Of a DNA stretch of 64,000 nt, positions 1 through 12,924 are shown piece after piece. The translations under genes were made by a program, and so were the position numbers. The stretch comes from Raja brachyura (taxonomy: Eukaryota): assembly GCA_963514005.1 (NCBI GenBank), contig OY740805.1, positions 42,284,001 to 42,348,000 on the forward strand. Reading direction: 5' to 3'. Below the pieces are notes generated by a model. It made no database searches and was not told where the DNA came from. It worked only from the letters and a program-made list of their open reading frames with translations. Position 1 is the first letter of the stretch; each line of letters opens with the position of its first letter.

Positions 1-1075
1 CTACAATGGTGGGGAGTGTGGTCTGTGTGGGACTGGGCCACATCTACAATGGTGGGGAGTGTGGTCTGTGTGGGACTGGGCTACATCTACAATGGTGGGG
101 AGTGTGGTCTGTGTGGGACTGGGTCACATCTACAATGGTGGGGAGTGTGGTCTGTGTGGGACTGGGCTACATCTACAATGGTGGGGAGTGTGGTCTGTGT
201 GGGACTGGGCTCCATCTACAATGGTGGGGAGTGTGGTCTGTGTGGGACTGGGCTACATCTACAATTGTGGGGAGTGTGGTCTGTGTGGGACTGGGCTCCA
301 TCTACAATGGTGGGGAGTGTGGTCTGTGTGGGACTGGGCCACATCTACAATGGTGGGGAGTGTGGTCTGTGTGGGACTGGGCTACATCTACAATGGTGGG
401 GAGTGTGGTCTGTGTGGGACTGGGCTACATCTACAATTGTGGGGAGTGTGGTCTGTGTGGGACTGGGCTCCATCTACAATGGTGGGGAGTGTGGTCTGTG
501 TGGGACTGGGCCACATCTACAATGGTGGGGAGTGTGGTCTGTGTGGGACTGGGCCACATCTACAGTGGTGGGGAGTGGTCTGTGTGGGACTGGGCCACAT
601 CTACAATGGTGGGGAGTGTGGTCTGTGTGGGACTGGGCCACATCTACAATGGTGGGGAGTGTGGTCTGTGTGGGACTGGGCCACATCTACAATGGTGGGG
701 AGTGTGGTCTGTGTGGGACTGGGCCACATCTACAATGGTGGGGAGTGTGGTCTGTGTGGGACTGGGCTACATCTTCAATGGTGGGGAGTGTGGTCTGTGT
801 GGGACTGGGCTACATCTACAGTGGTGGGGAGTGTGGTCTGTGTGGGACTGGGCTACATCTACAATGGTGGGGAGTGTGGTCTGTGTGGGACTGGGCTACA
901 TCTACAATGGTGGGCAGTGTGGTCTGTGTGGGACTGGGCTACATCTACAATGGTGGGGAGTGTGGTCTGTGTGGGACTGGGCTCCATCTACAATGGTGGG
1001 GAGTGTGGTCTGTGTGGGACTGGGCTACATCTACAATGGTGGGGAGTGTGGTCTGTGTGGCACTGGGCTACATCT
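1..1075. repeat. 43-bp GT-rich minisatellite (~25 copies; unit ctacaatggtggggagtgtggtctgtgtgggactgggc(c/t)acat), intronic to BTN gene A
   Basis: Directly visible tandem array; it produces the three overlapping periodic + strand ORFs. Confidence 0.97.
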
Positions 1076-1289
1076 ATATCTTTCAGTAATTGCGATCTCG
1101 GCCAGACATGCTGAATGTCCTCAGTCCCCTAAGCAAGTAGAGACATTGGGTGACATATTAGGTGTAGCTTCTCTGTACTTGGTCCACAACAGATCACTGG
1201 GAATATTAACACCGAGATACATGAGGCTCTCACCCACTTGTACTTCGGCACCATTGATGCTGATTGGGGCGTGTACACCATCGGCATTC

Positions 1290-1470
1290 CTGAAATTAAC
1301 GCACAAACACGCACGTCTTCGGGATGTGGGAGAAAACCGGAGCAACCCGAGGAAACCCGTCACAAGGAGAACATACAAACTCCACACAGACAGCACCCGA
1401 GGTCAGGATCGAACCCGCGTCTCTGGGGCTGTGAGATATCAATTCTCGCAGCAGCGCCACTGTGTGGCCA
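1290..1470 (-). mobile_element. tRNA-derived V-SINE (HE1-like), next to a Rex1-like RT fragment (~1090-1290)
   Basis: Minus strand reads ggttcgatcctgacctcgggtgctgtctgtgtggagtttgtatgttctcc (B-box plus V domain). The adjacent peptide PISINGAEVQVGESLMYLGVNI resembles a LINE RT C-terminus. Confidence 0.7.
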
Positions 1471-1510
1471 TTCCTTCTCATTTGTGAATATTTCTATACT
1501 AAATTCTTAC

Positions 1511-1543
1511 CAAGTTCTACGATGGATTTGCGCCGTTCCAGCT
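1511..1543 (-). CDS. Gene A cytoplasmic heptad mini-exon (ELERRKSIVEL)
   Basis: tttctccttccag|AGCTGGAACGGCGCAAATCCATCGTAGAACTTG|gtaaga; 33 nt, phase 1-1; resembles BTN ELxWRK exons. Confidence 0.8.
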
Positions 1544-4500
1544 CTGGAAGGAGAAACCAGTGTTACATTTGAACAATGAGCATCAGAGACAATGACTATC
1601 AGAGTCAGAGGTCAATCCAAACAAGGCTGGAAATAAGTGCAGACAATGAGAGAAGTTCCGCGCGGGTCAGGCAGCTGCAGAGAGGAACACAATTCCTGGT
1701 TCACGTTGACAGGGTCTCATCAGGCCTGGACAATGTCAGATGGTGACAGGTGTGAGACAAGTGTAGCGGCAAATAAAGGCGGGAAAACAAATGTTGTGTA
1801 ACATGTGAAGGGCAGGAGAGGGGAATGACGAGGAACGGATCAGGTGAATAAATACACTGTGGGTCCGGGGACGTTTCAATGATTCACCCACGACCAACAG
1901 TTGCTGTAGGAAAATGTGAACACGGTGATCATTGTGTGAAACGGTTGAGGACAATGTTGAATCAGGAAGGCTGCGAGATGCCGGATTCAAAGGCGGGCGG
2001 TTCCCCAGCCTCTGCTCAGCCTCATTAGATCAGTGTAGGAGAGGGAGGGAGAGCTCACACTGGGACGGGACACGCAATGAAAGTGACAAGTGAGCGAAAG
2101 CTCAGGTTGACAACGGGGAACTGAACAGAGATGTTCATCCAAGTGATCACCTCATCTGTGACCCGTCTCTCCACAGTGGAGATCACATACAGGGAACAGA
2201 GACAAGTCCAAGTGACTCTGTGTCCGGTTAAATCTCCTCCCACGGCACCGCCTCATGCACACACAGATGTCACATCTGCCCCTTTACCCCATTATCCCCA
2301 CCTCCCGGGACACTGATACTCTGTCCAGGGGCAACAGTTACCGCTGGAAGGTGGAAGCCCCGCGGAGAGTGCTCTGGATTTCCACTGAAGTTACAGTGGG
2401 AATCTGGGAGAATCCCGCCCGGATTTCCTGACCTGCATCTTACGCTGTTCTTTAACTACCTTTAATGCGTCTGTTTAGTTTCACGTTCCAATAAAACACA
2501 GCAACGTGGGCGGCAATGAGAAGACAAATGGTGAGGACCAGCGGCAGGACCCAGTCAGGAACTCCAGCAGGGAAGATATCATCTGCAGAATGAAGATAGT
2601 GAACGGCGAATATAGTAAACTGTCTTTAAAAATCAGAGATCATTTCCCCACAGAAGTGAGATGTGGATAAATCATCAGTGAGAAACATGTGAGCACCTCA
2701 GTGAGCATTCTGGGCAGTCGGGGTTTCAATGCAATGTAAATCACCTTTATACTTCAATGATCAAACAGAAACGTTCACAAACCTGATATTTTGACGGTTG
2801 CCTCACGTTGTATGTTTAACCATCTGTATTCAACAACACACTTGAACTTGTTTGTTGACTGCCTCGTTACTGTCATGTTGCGCTCCACATTTACAAGACC
2901 ATCAGCATCTTCATGGTACATTGTTTCAGCTTGTGGTAAAACCTGTCCATCCCCGCCAAACCACAGCATCTCTGGTCCAGGATACCATCCACCGGACTTG
3001 CACACGAGCTGGATTCCATCTCCCTGGTATCCCTGCAGCCGAATCCGGGGCAAACTCCCCAAAGCTGCATCAGTGACAGATGTAGAAATAACAATAGTCA
3101 GGAAGAATAGCAACTTGGACCAAAAAGTCATTGTGCAGAAATGTCAACTCTGTTTCTCTCTCCCTAGATGCTGCCTGACATGCTGAATGTTTTCAGCATC
3201 TCGGTAATTAAATCCAGGCTGAGAGTGACAGGGTAAATGTCTGGGCCCTGGAGATTGTGGTGGAACGGAGATATCCAGGGGTCCGAGTATATGGCCACTC
3301 GCGGTCAATATTGGGAACATTGTTGTCATCGTCTACAACCAACCAATATTGACATTGAATGCCTATGGGGCAAGGACTTAGATGTGGCAGCATTTGTTCG
3401 AAACATCTAGGAGGGTTTCCTGACACACCAGGCAGTTAATCCATCGCTCGGTGTGATTTTACTTCGGAGTCATGTGAGTGACTACGTGAAGAGCCCGCCA
3501 GTCCGCATGCGCGTCATTATGTCTAACGCATGACGCAGTGACTGGCTGGCAGGCGCGCTGCTCCTCCAGCGGTAAGTTATAAATCCCACAGGTAAATTTT
3601 AAACTTACTTTTCAGGGTGTCCTTTGTTGCAGGAAACTCTTCTGGCAGAGTTTCCTGCGGGCTATTGCATACGGTAACCCGGGCGGACCGCGGGGAAACC
3701 AATTGGACCGCGGGGATGCAGGCTGCGGAGTGCAATAGGAGGGCAACTATGCGGAGTCAGAGAGTCCTGGGCTGGACGAGGCCGGCCAGGAGGGTTCCCC
3801 TCCGTCATTACGGCACGTTCTCGGACATCCTGCTATGGTCCACGGAGCAGGGCCATATCAGCGCAGGTCGGCGTGCGACTACGGCGGCGCCTGTTTTCAG
3901 GGCTGCTTACTATCTCCCCTCAGTGGAGAGGAGTGCAAGGGGTCAGTGTGTGTCTGCCCCCAACCCCGGAAATAATACACTATCCACGCACCTCCGCACC
4001 CTCCAAATCAAGAACGGGAATGGAACCTACATCAAGGGCCTTTGGGCTTACCTCAAGACCACCGGTATCTACGCAGGTACTTGAGTCTGGGTTTCCGAAA
4101 CATGGGTTGTGTGGTCTAGTTATAGTGTATTATTTCAAAGTATGCCATTTATTTAGTTGCCACTAGATCACGTTGTGCCTATAATAAACAAAAGAGAATT
4201 TTATTTTCACTTGCACCAACATATTGTGCAGTAGAATCGGACATGCCACAGCGGTCTAGATCACTGGCTTGTCGAGCCTTCTTGAGTATATCTTTCAGTC
4301 ACCTGTGCGAGCTATACATGGTGGTAATTCCGCTCATTAAGGAACTGTGGAAGATTCTTTCCCAAAACGCCGACTTATTCATATAAAGTAATCGAATCTC
4401 TGATTTAACTGGGATGGGCTTCTTCATTCATGTAAACGTCTTTGCCCATGACAAATAACAGGCAGGTTTTTGTTCCAGCATTTCTCCCACTATGTCTGAC

Positions 4501-7500
4501 TTACCGGGGGCCAGCGGTGCTCCAGTCCTACACTGTACACAGCATTGGCATCGGAAAGGAGCAGGATTCGGAGTCACTAGCACGTGCTGCCTGTTTGGGG
4601 AATGAGGATACCAACAGAGCATCGATTCACACAGCTAGTCCTGGCGGCTGTTGAAGGAAGCAACCTGATAGCCCCAACTCAGAGTGAGTGCCAAGTCTTG
4701 GGCATCTATGTCAGACAAGATTGCGAGTCGTCGCAGTCAAAAAAACGTGCCATCTAAAGGCATGTCAGGCAGCAGCTCCTGTTCAGGGTTGCACATTTCC
4801 TCCCACTCAAATGACGGAGTGGCGGAGAGAGTGCTAGAGGCGTATGCACATGTGCCTGAAGCAACGCCTGGTTCAGAGTTGCCATTCCCCCCACTCAGTT
4901 GAGCGCAGTGATGGAGATGGTGCTAAAATACATGCACATATGTCTGAGGCAGCTCCTGGTTCAGGTTGCATAAGTCCAACGATTCGGATGTATGAAGGAT
5001 GATGATGGTTGAGGCAACCCCTGATTCAGGTTGCATAAGTCCTCCCATTCGCATGTATAAAGGATGGAGACATATATATTACAAGACCATGGGAGTTGGT
5101 GTCGCAAAACATGCTTGGTACAGAGGCATGCACAGACACATTGAGGAGACGGATGGTGACACCTGGTTCAGGTGCAATTACTCCCACTCTATAAAGAGTG
5201 TCTAAGATTAGTATGGATTTACTCCAAACAGGAACACGAATGTGACAGTGCCGGGGTCCCATGCTTAATGCATAATGCACGACAATCGCATGAGGGAAAA
5301 CGGTGCTTTGCCTCTAAAATTGCTGCTCCGTCGGTGACGGACTAGCCACTACAAGTGAAGTTGGCCAGCAGCATCAGCGACCTAATGGAAATGACAACAT
5401 CGACAGAGTCTGCGAATGAAATTTCGTTGGAACTCCAGCAAAGGTAAGGGACCTGGAGTTAGAGACGCTGGTAAGTAGGTCTCGTTATTTACCTCCATGG
5501 AAGTCACTATGTTGGACGAACAGTATTCAGCATTGCTCCACTAACTTTTCCTCAGTAAATCGTTAGTTATATTACAAACTGATGCGAGTGCTTAAAGATG
5601 TGACATTACTAATACCATCTCTAGTTACGGAGGTGATGGGATTTGCATGAGTTGCCTATTTTTTCAGTTCTATGGTATCAACTACCTTTAGACAACAGGT
5701 GCATTCTATGGGTTAAGGGTTGTGCAAATATGCATAATCAGCATACTCAAGTCCAAGTTGATTCACTTTGGTGGTGTCATATGTTAATCACATGGGTGCA
5801 ATCAAGTCAAACTATCCGGGGATATTTTACCTAACCTCATTTGGCAGTGGTGTATCATCACGTAAAATCAATGTCAAAACAGAATGGATGTTGGATCACT
5901 AAGTATTTCATGACTTGGTGACTCATGGAACACTAAAGATCGAGATGTTGCATCCAGGCTCAATCACCAGTAGATATATATAGAAATATATATATGTGTG
6001 TATATGTGTGTATATGTATATATATGTATGTGTGTAGCATGGCTGTGGCGATAGATGCACTTTTGCTACACTGGGGAGGTTTGTCTTCCTCCATTTTGCA
6101 CATCAGCCGGGTCTGGCAAATATTCAGTAAATCCCGCTTCAGGCATTTTTGTAGGACTGGCCGATGCAGCCATGGTTCCCGTTGATGTTGGGAATGATAT
6201 AGAAACTTATATGGTTAATTCGAACATAGAATTGCTGGTTCAGTCCTTGACTCGGGCAACCATCCAATGCATGATAAAATCATTTCGTTGACATATATAC
6301 GGCACGGATATATCATCGTATTTCTGCAAGGAGCGGGACCCACTCTGTTGGGTCTCACCCTCTGATATCCAGATGCATGAAGGGTATCTTCAACTCACAC
6401 CTCCCAGGCCCAGGTACGCAAAGACATGGGGTGTTAACCAGGCACGTGCCGTGAGTAATTACTCAGGGCAGGCACTCAGTCCGCTTAAAAAAAATTAAAC
6501 CGCGCATGCGCAGATTGTTCTCTCCGTTAAATAAATAAATAAATAAAAACTGTGACATTTCAATTTGCCCAACGCTTCCTAGTCATAAACCAATTGGGGG
6601 AACAGTTCCTTTTACAGGGTGTAACGCTGCCAGTAACTCATTCACTCACCGCTGCCGCAGCTCTCCGGGCGCGAAGCCACGCACTGCAGCAGAACTGGCC
6701 GCCACTTCAGCACCTTCTGCCGGCCCGCTCACCTTTGGCAGTGCTCTCCGTCGGAACACCTGTCACCTGCTGTTCGCCGACTTCGCTCATGTCAGCGGCT
6801 TCCTGCAAATCCTTAAATTCCCACAGCCGAGTATGCTCAATCGCGCTGTCGGAATTTAAGGACATGAGTGAGGCCAGCGAGCGGCAGGAGAGAGATTTTT
6901 AGATGGAGAGCTGCCAGAGGTGAGCGGGGACCGGTAGAAGGAGCTAAGGTGGCGGCTGGTTCCGCTGTCCGGCCCGGCGGCCGCTCAGCCACCCGAGATA
7001 CTTCTCAACTCCTCCCCCCCCCCCCCCCCCCCCCCCGGCATTCCACACCTCCGTGCAAGGAGCGTCACAAGTGGCATTATCCCAATCCCCTCCTTCATAA
7101 CATTCGTGCCCTCCCCGCAACTTTACCCCGGGCCAGACTCCCCAAACGCTGTGAAAGGAGCTCTCCCCCCACCCCCCGGGAAATACGGTTTTTAAAAACA
7201 TAAACACAAAATGTACTTACCACATTTTTGGTACATGACAAACCATAGTTGAAAACCCCGCCAAGAAACTAGCGCTGCGCATGCGCATTATACTGATGCG
7301 CATGCGCAGTGCAGCAAAGGCAGAATTTCTGCTGCCTTCAGCCCCGCTTGAAACTGATGGCTTCAGGCAGCGCTGACGGCACGTGGGCTGCACAGAGCTT
7401 CCCGTGTTACAAGCACGGCGGATGAAAGGCACGGAGAATTATGCCTACCTACGAGATCGGTCTCTTACATAGGCATCATTCTCCCATGCCTATACTATTT

Positions 7501-10500
7501 ATATTTAGTTATTACTATGTTATAATTTTAGTCAGGGTAGGCAGTGCCTACCTTGCCTACCCTGACGGCACGTGCCTGGTGTTAACATTGTGCTGACGCC
7601 GCATCACCGGTGGGTTCCGGCTACATCCCTGTCCTCGGTCAAACTCACAAGTGGTTATGCTCATGGTACTGGTTTAGTGCAACGGGCCCAGTCATTGCAT
7701 AGCGCGACTGGACAGCATGGTTACATCTGCAGACAAATAACAAGTTATGTTCATGGCTTAGTCAAGCACAGCAGACCAGGGGCATCGGGTCTACTAGAAT
7801 TTGGGCATGGACCTTTGGTTGCCAGACCGGGAGTATTTGCCAACTCTATTTTAAGTTCTGTCTATAGTTTCCTCCCGGATAGGGGTTATTATTGTTATTA
7901 CTTGTTCATAAAAAAAGCATCAGCATGTCTATATCGATGTCATGTCTGAATGCATGATTAATGTTCACTCATCCTTGGTCAATTGATGCTGTGAGTGACG
8001 CATGGACTCGTGTCCACGGTATGAAATCACAGAGCTTTAAATCTTCACGTAGTCACTCGCGTGACTCCGAAGTAAAATAGTAAGACCTTACCAGTTCGAA
8101 GTTTGATCTTTATTTTATTAGGAGTTAGGATGAGGGATTACGTGCCCGCCGCTCCCAACCCTCTCTCATAAGATCAGCTGGTAGTTCTAGTTTCTCGAAT
8201 CTTACTATATTCAGTTCATCAACTGTTATCTGTGATTTCACACCACTGCTTTGAAGAATGTCGTGCATGCGTGCTGGCGGGGTCTTCACGTAACCCTTCA
8301 TCGTAACTCCTCATAAAATAAAGATCAAACTTCAAACTGGCACGTTCTGGTTTAATCTTACTATTATACTTGACCTTGATTTGGGAAATGAGCGCAACGA
8401 GGTGGAGTTTCAAAGGGAGAGTATAAAAATATATCTGTACATATATGCTGTATATGGCAAGTACATTTTTCCTTCAGTAAGGAGACAAAGACTGTGCACA
8501 TTGCCCCAGGTGAGGTCTCGCCAACATACTGTACAACTGTGATGAGGCTTCCCAAAATCTATTCTCCATTCCCCTCAATTAAAATCACTGGGACAGATGT
8601 GATGGAACTCCAGTTAAACACATTCCCATGGCTGCCCTTAATTTACTCAAAGGTAGACAAAAATGCTGGAGAAACACAGCGGGTGAGGCAGCATCTATCG
8701 AGCGAAGGAAACAGGCAACGTTTCTGGCCGAAACCCTTTCTCCATTTACTCAAGTTACTTTTCAATATAAACATTGCAACAGCACATTCTTAATTATGTA
8801 ATTATACATCAACATTGTTGATCGAACGCCCTTTACCATTTGTTCTTTTCACATTTATCGTCAACAATCGGTGTTTTACTTACTCACCACCAACTCGCAG
8901 TTGAGCTACAGATGCTTCATACTCGGCTCCCTCTGTAACTGAACATGTATATTTCCCTTCATCAAACCTTCTTACGTTCTTTATTCTGAGGGAAATGTTC
9001 CCTTTGGCCACTTCATCTTCAAACAGTTCGGCCCTTGCTCTGTAATCCTGGTGTTGAGCGAGGGTGTCATTTTGTCCATGTGTGTACACGAGGACTGGCG
9101 AGATGAGACCTGACTTCCTCCACTGCACGACCATGTTGCTGCTCAATATATCTGGGTCAAGCTGACATTCCAACACCACATCTCCACCTACAGTGGTTAC
9201 AAAACCATCGCCCGGTACAATAACGAGAAATCCACCTGCGGGTAAATTCAAATAATTGAAAAAATATTTATGTATGGAATCAATAAGGATGATCCCTTAT
9301 TGAAAGTCAAGTCGCAGGTAGATGAGGTGGTCAAAAAGGCCTTTGGCTCTTTAGCCTTCACCTGTCAGAGTATTGAGTACAGAACTTGGGAGGTCACGTT
9401 GCAGTTGTATCAGGTTGGTGAGAACGCATTTAGAATATTGTGTTCACTTCTGGGCACCATGTTGTAGGAAAGATATTGTCCAGCTTGAGAATGTTCAGAA
9501 AAGATTTACGAGGATGTTGCCAGGACTAGAGGGTGTGAGCTATAGGGAGAGGTTGAGTAGGCTGGGTCTCTATCCCTTCGAGCCCAGAAGGATGAGGGGC
9601 GATTTTATAGAGGTGTACAAAATCATGGGAGGAATAGATCGGGTAGATGCACAGAGTCGTTTGCCCAGAGTAGGGGAATCAAGGACCAGAGGACATAGGT
9701 TCAAGGTGAAGGGGAAAAGATTTAATAGGAATCCGAGGGATGACATTTTCTCATAAATGGTGGTGGGTGTATGGAACAAGCTGCAAGATGAGGCAGTTGA
9801 GGCTGGGACTATCACATCGGTAAGAAACAGTTAGACAAATACATGGAGAAGACAGGTTTGGAGGGAAATGGACCAAGCGCAGGCAAGGGGACCAACGTAG
9901 CCCGGACATTGTTGGCCGGTGTGGGCGAATGGGGCCGAAGGGCCTGTTTGCACACTGCATCACTCAACGATTATATTACTCTAATGGGGTTAGGGAGGGA
10001 GGGATAGATCAGCCATGATTGTATGGCGGAGTAGACTTGATAGGCGGAATGACCTGAATCTTCTTATTACCTTGTGATCTTATAATCCAGGGATGAAGCC
10101 AGGATATGAACATTTTCATTGGTTGTTCACGATTTATTTTTTATATAATGTTGGGGTCTCAACACCGATTCCCGTGGAACACCACTGTTTATACCTTGCC
10201 ACCCATTGAGAAAAACATTTGGCACCCACTCTCTGCTTCCGACTATCCTGATTATCCACGAATATGAAGTTACCTCCTACTCTTGCAGTCCCCATCATCG
10301 CCCACAGGGGGAGGAAGAACCTCCTACCTGATCGTATCAAGTGATGTGGACAACTGCATTAAAATGAGCGATTTTAAAATATGAATCTTCTGACACCATG
10401 AAGCCCCCTCCATGAGATAAATAAATAGACATCAGACCAGATGTTGTGGTCATTACCGTGGACTGAGCTGAGGATCCCGTGCAGTAACAACACAGCGCAG

Positions 10501-10514
10501 TGAACCACTCCCAT
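1511..10514 (-). CDS. BTN: Butyrophilin-like gene A (partial; 3' exons, probably including B30.2, lie beyond the window start). Exons 10514-10457, 9235-8888, 3064-2783, 2582-2460, 1543-1511
   Basis: All exons have AG/GT boundaries and phase-1 junctions, giving one open frame: signal MGVVHCAVLLLHGILSSVHG, IgV (348 nt), IgC (282 nt), TM, heptad ELERRKSIVEL. Symbol is family-level only. Confidence 0.9.
2460..2582 (-). CDS. Gene A transmembrane exon (DDIFPAGVPDWVLPLVLTICLLIAAHVAVFYWNVKLNRRIK)
   Basis: cattctgcag|ATGAT...ATTAAAG|gtagtt; 123 nt; hydrophobic helix followed by basic residues. Confidence 0.88.
2783..3064 (-). CDS. Gene A IgC exon
   Basis: ALGSLPRIRLQGYQGDGIQLVCKSGGWYPGPEMLW...FKCVV; B7/BTN C-domain motif CxSxGWYPxP; 282 nt, AG/GT. 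Confidence 0.93.
3456..8366 (+). mobile_element. Degenerate DIRS1-like tyrosine-recombinase retrotransposon in the IgV-IgC intron of gene A
   Basis: 3456-3492 is the reverse complement of ~8042-8078, and ~8090-8145 is complementary to ~8286-8340 (ITR/ICR architecture). Coding remnants: QTDAS (~5574), ASRLNHQ (~5950), PRY..TW (~6405). Absent from paralog D. Confidence 0.75.
6439..7578. mobile_element. Non-autonomous hAT-type DNA transposon nested in the DIRS element
   Basis: TIRs caggcacgtgccgt...acggcacgtgcctg with an 8-bp TSD gtgttaac (6431-6438, 7579-7586). Confidence 0.88.
8888..9235 (-). CDS. Gene A IgV exon
   Basis: FLVIVPGDGFVTTVGGDVVLECQL...VQWRK...YRARAELFEDEVAKGNISLRIKNVRRFDEGKYTCSV; 348 nt, cag|...|gtgagt. 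Confidence 0.95.
9290..9960 (+). mobile_element. CR1 LINE 3' fragment
   Basis: ORF 9373-9756: LVRTHLEYCVHFWAP...LENVQKRFTRMLPG. Confidence 0.85.
10457..10514 (-). CDS. Gene A signal-peptide exon (coding part; acceptor at 10534)
   Basis: MGVVHCAVLLLHGILSSVH-G|gtaatg; phase 1 joins IgV in frame; nearly identical to 54633-54690. Confidence 0.85.
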
Positions 10515-10954
10515 CCCAGTGGAGGGGTCAGTGCCTGTGGGAGAGAGAGAGAAGTGTTAGTCCTGTGATGGGCGGGAAGCTGTGATCCCCCCCCTCCGTC
10601 CCCGCTGTCGGTGTCCACCACTCTCAATCACTGTTGACCAGGGGGTGAAAGGTCACACCTTGTGCGAGGTGGCCAAAGGACTCCAGGCTCCGCACCGGGA
10701 CCCCGGCTCCCTTTACAATCTGTTCCTTGAGACCTGTCACCGGGGTCGGGTCCGGGACGAATCTTCTCCCGGGAATTTCTTCAGTCACCCTTCATCAAAC
10801 CTGTCAAAGGACAGAAAATGATTCTGAAGTCAAAAGATGTGGGAACAATGAAAAATAATCAGGGGGTGAGGTTATATTGTCCAGTGGAATAAAAGTGAAC
10901 GATGCATCCTAGACCTCTGTTCTCTCATTTGTTCTTGTTTCTCTCGTGATGACC

Positions 10955-11650
10955 AGCGATCACCCTGTACACCAGCACGATCCTGCACCCGAGGGACAAT
11001 TTTACAAATTTCCCCGACACCAATTGTCTACAAACCTGCCCGTCTTTGGCTTGTAGGAGAAAACTGGAGCACTCGGACAAAACCCACGCGGTCGCGGGGA
11101 GAACGTACAGACCAGGCACGTGCTGTCAGGGTAGGCAAGGTAGGCACTGCCTACCCTGACTAAAATTATAACATAGTAATAACTAAATATAAATAACAAA
11201 GGCATGGGAGAATTATGCCTATGTAAGAGACCGATCGCTTAGGTAGGTATAATTCTCCGTGCCTTTCATCCGCAGCGCTTGTAACACAGGAAGGTCTGTG
11301 CAGCCCACGTGCCGTCAGCGCTGCCTGAAGCCGTCAGTTTCAAGCGGGGCTGAAGGCAGCAGAAATTCTGCCTTTGCTACACTGCGCATGCGCATCAGTC
11401 TACTGGCACGCGCTGCGCAAGTTTCTTGGAGGCGTTTTCAACCATTGTTTGTCGGGTACCAATGATGTGGTAAGTGCGTTTTGCGTTTATGTTTTTAAAT
11501 ACCGTATTTCCCGGGGTGTGGGGGTGGGGGGAGAGCTCCTTTCACAGCGTTTGGCGAGTCTGGCCCGGGGTAAAGTTGCGGGGAGGGCACGAATGTTATG
11601 AAGGAGGGGATTGGGATAATGCCACTTGTGACGCTCGTTGCACGGGAACG
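10955..11650. mobile_element. V-SINE fragment (~10955-11112) plus a truncated inverted copy of the 6439-7578 hAT element (11113-~11645)
   Basis: 11113 begins caggcacgtgctgtcagggtaggcaagg, the reverse complement of the 7578 end; homology continues for ~530 bp. Confidence 0.8.
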
Positions 11651-11869
11651 TGCAATGACACCGCATTGAGGCCGGGGGGATCGGCTGCTGGATAAAGGTC
11701 AGCGGAGTTAAACATTAACCGACTAGATAGATCGGTCGTGAGAGATCGGGAGTTTCAGAAAATGTCTCTGAGCCACTCACTGCCCTTGTCCTTATCAGTG
11801 CCAGTGAGTGGCGGGGAACGGATATTTTAGACTGTGAACTCTCAGAGTCAAACACAGCAACCCGCTGTA

Positions 11870-12270
11870 TTCCATTTTCCACTTCTTTGCCCACTCTCCC
11901 AACCTGTCCACGCCATTCTGCAGCCTCCATGCTAACTCTACACAATTGGCCCCTCCACCTATTTTAATAGCGTCTGCAATTTTGTCCACACAGACACCAA
12001 TTCTCCCACCCAGCCCATTAACACATGAGGTGCAATGTAGCGGCCCCTACACTGACCCCCGTGGAACACCACTAGTCACCGGCAGCCAACCAGAAATGCC
12101 CCCCTTTATTCTCACTCGTTGCTTCTGCCCGTCAACCAATCTACTATCCACGCTGGAACCTTGCTTCAAATACCAGGAGCTCCAATCCTGTTTACTAGCC
12201 TCGCGTGTGGCACCTTATCGGAATTCTTCTGATAATCCATGCAAATAACATCCACTGACTGCTTTGTCGA
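11870..12270 (-). mobile_element. Old CR1 fragment shared by both duplicated arms (counterpart ~52860-53260, +)
   Basis: Degenerate VTSGVPRGSV and ADAIKIGG motifs at the mirror position in both arms. Confidence 0.7.
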
Positions 12271-12924
12271 TTCTCCTTTTTTGGTGATTCTTTACCGACA
12301 CACCACGAGACAGTTTATCCCCCAAATGGCGTTAATACAGAGTTGCGCACAACTTCATATTGTTCTAATGTTCCCATTGGTCAGTTACGTTGCAGTCTGG
12401 CCACAGTTATAGGAAACAAGTTAAAAGTGTCAGGAATATCCCTACCTTATTCTTAACTTTGGTTGTTCGTCGTCTCAATGCCTCCCTCACAGTCCTTCGA
12501 TTGTTAATGTGCAGTAAAAGCCCTTTGGACTACCTTTTATCTCGATCAGACCTTTGGATTCCTTTATGATTTTAGCCTGAATCTTTATCAGTTCTCTTTA
12601 GTAAAAGGAGCAAGCCAGACTTTGGACCATCACTGCCCAGAAAAGGCGCGGCGTGTTGTGTTTGCTGCTGAGAGGTTGAATATTTGCGAAGAGTATTAGT
12701 GTGGAGCATTTGTCCGGTTTCAAGCTCAAAGGAAGGCGTTTGTCCTGGGAGCAGATGTCAGGTTATAGCAGTCAGAGAAAGGAGTCATGTAAATCATCAC
12801 ATTGATCAGAAACACCTGAGGGGGGTGAACCAGTGGCCCAGCGGTTCTGAAATAGCAATCCATCCGGTACCAAACCCACAAACCTTTTCTGTAACGGGTG
12901 AATCGGTTTTTCTGTAACAGGTGA

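Noticed and set aside
1-1075. CRISPR-like array
   Set aside because: Units are contiguous with no unique spacers, there are no cas genes, and the context is eukaryotic.
6-1487. Three long Cys/Trp/Gly-rich ORFs (351-493 aa)
   Set aside because: Artefact of a stop-free 43-bp repeat: all three frames give the same cyclic peptide, and they lie antisense within a BTN intron.
8880-9251. IgV exons as rearranging Ig/TCR V segments
   Set aside because: They end in splice donors rather than RSS heptamer/nonamer signals and carry B7/BTN-type motifs.
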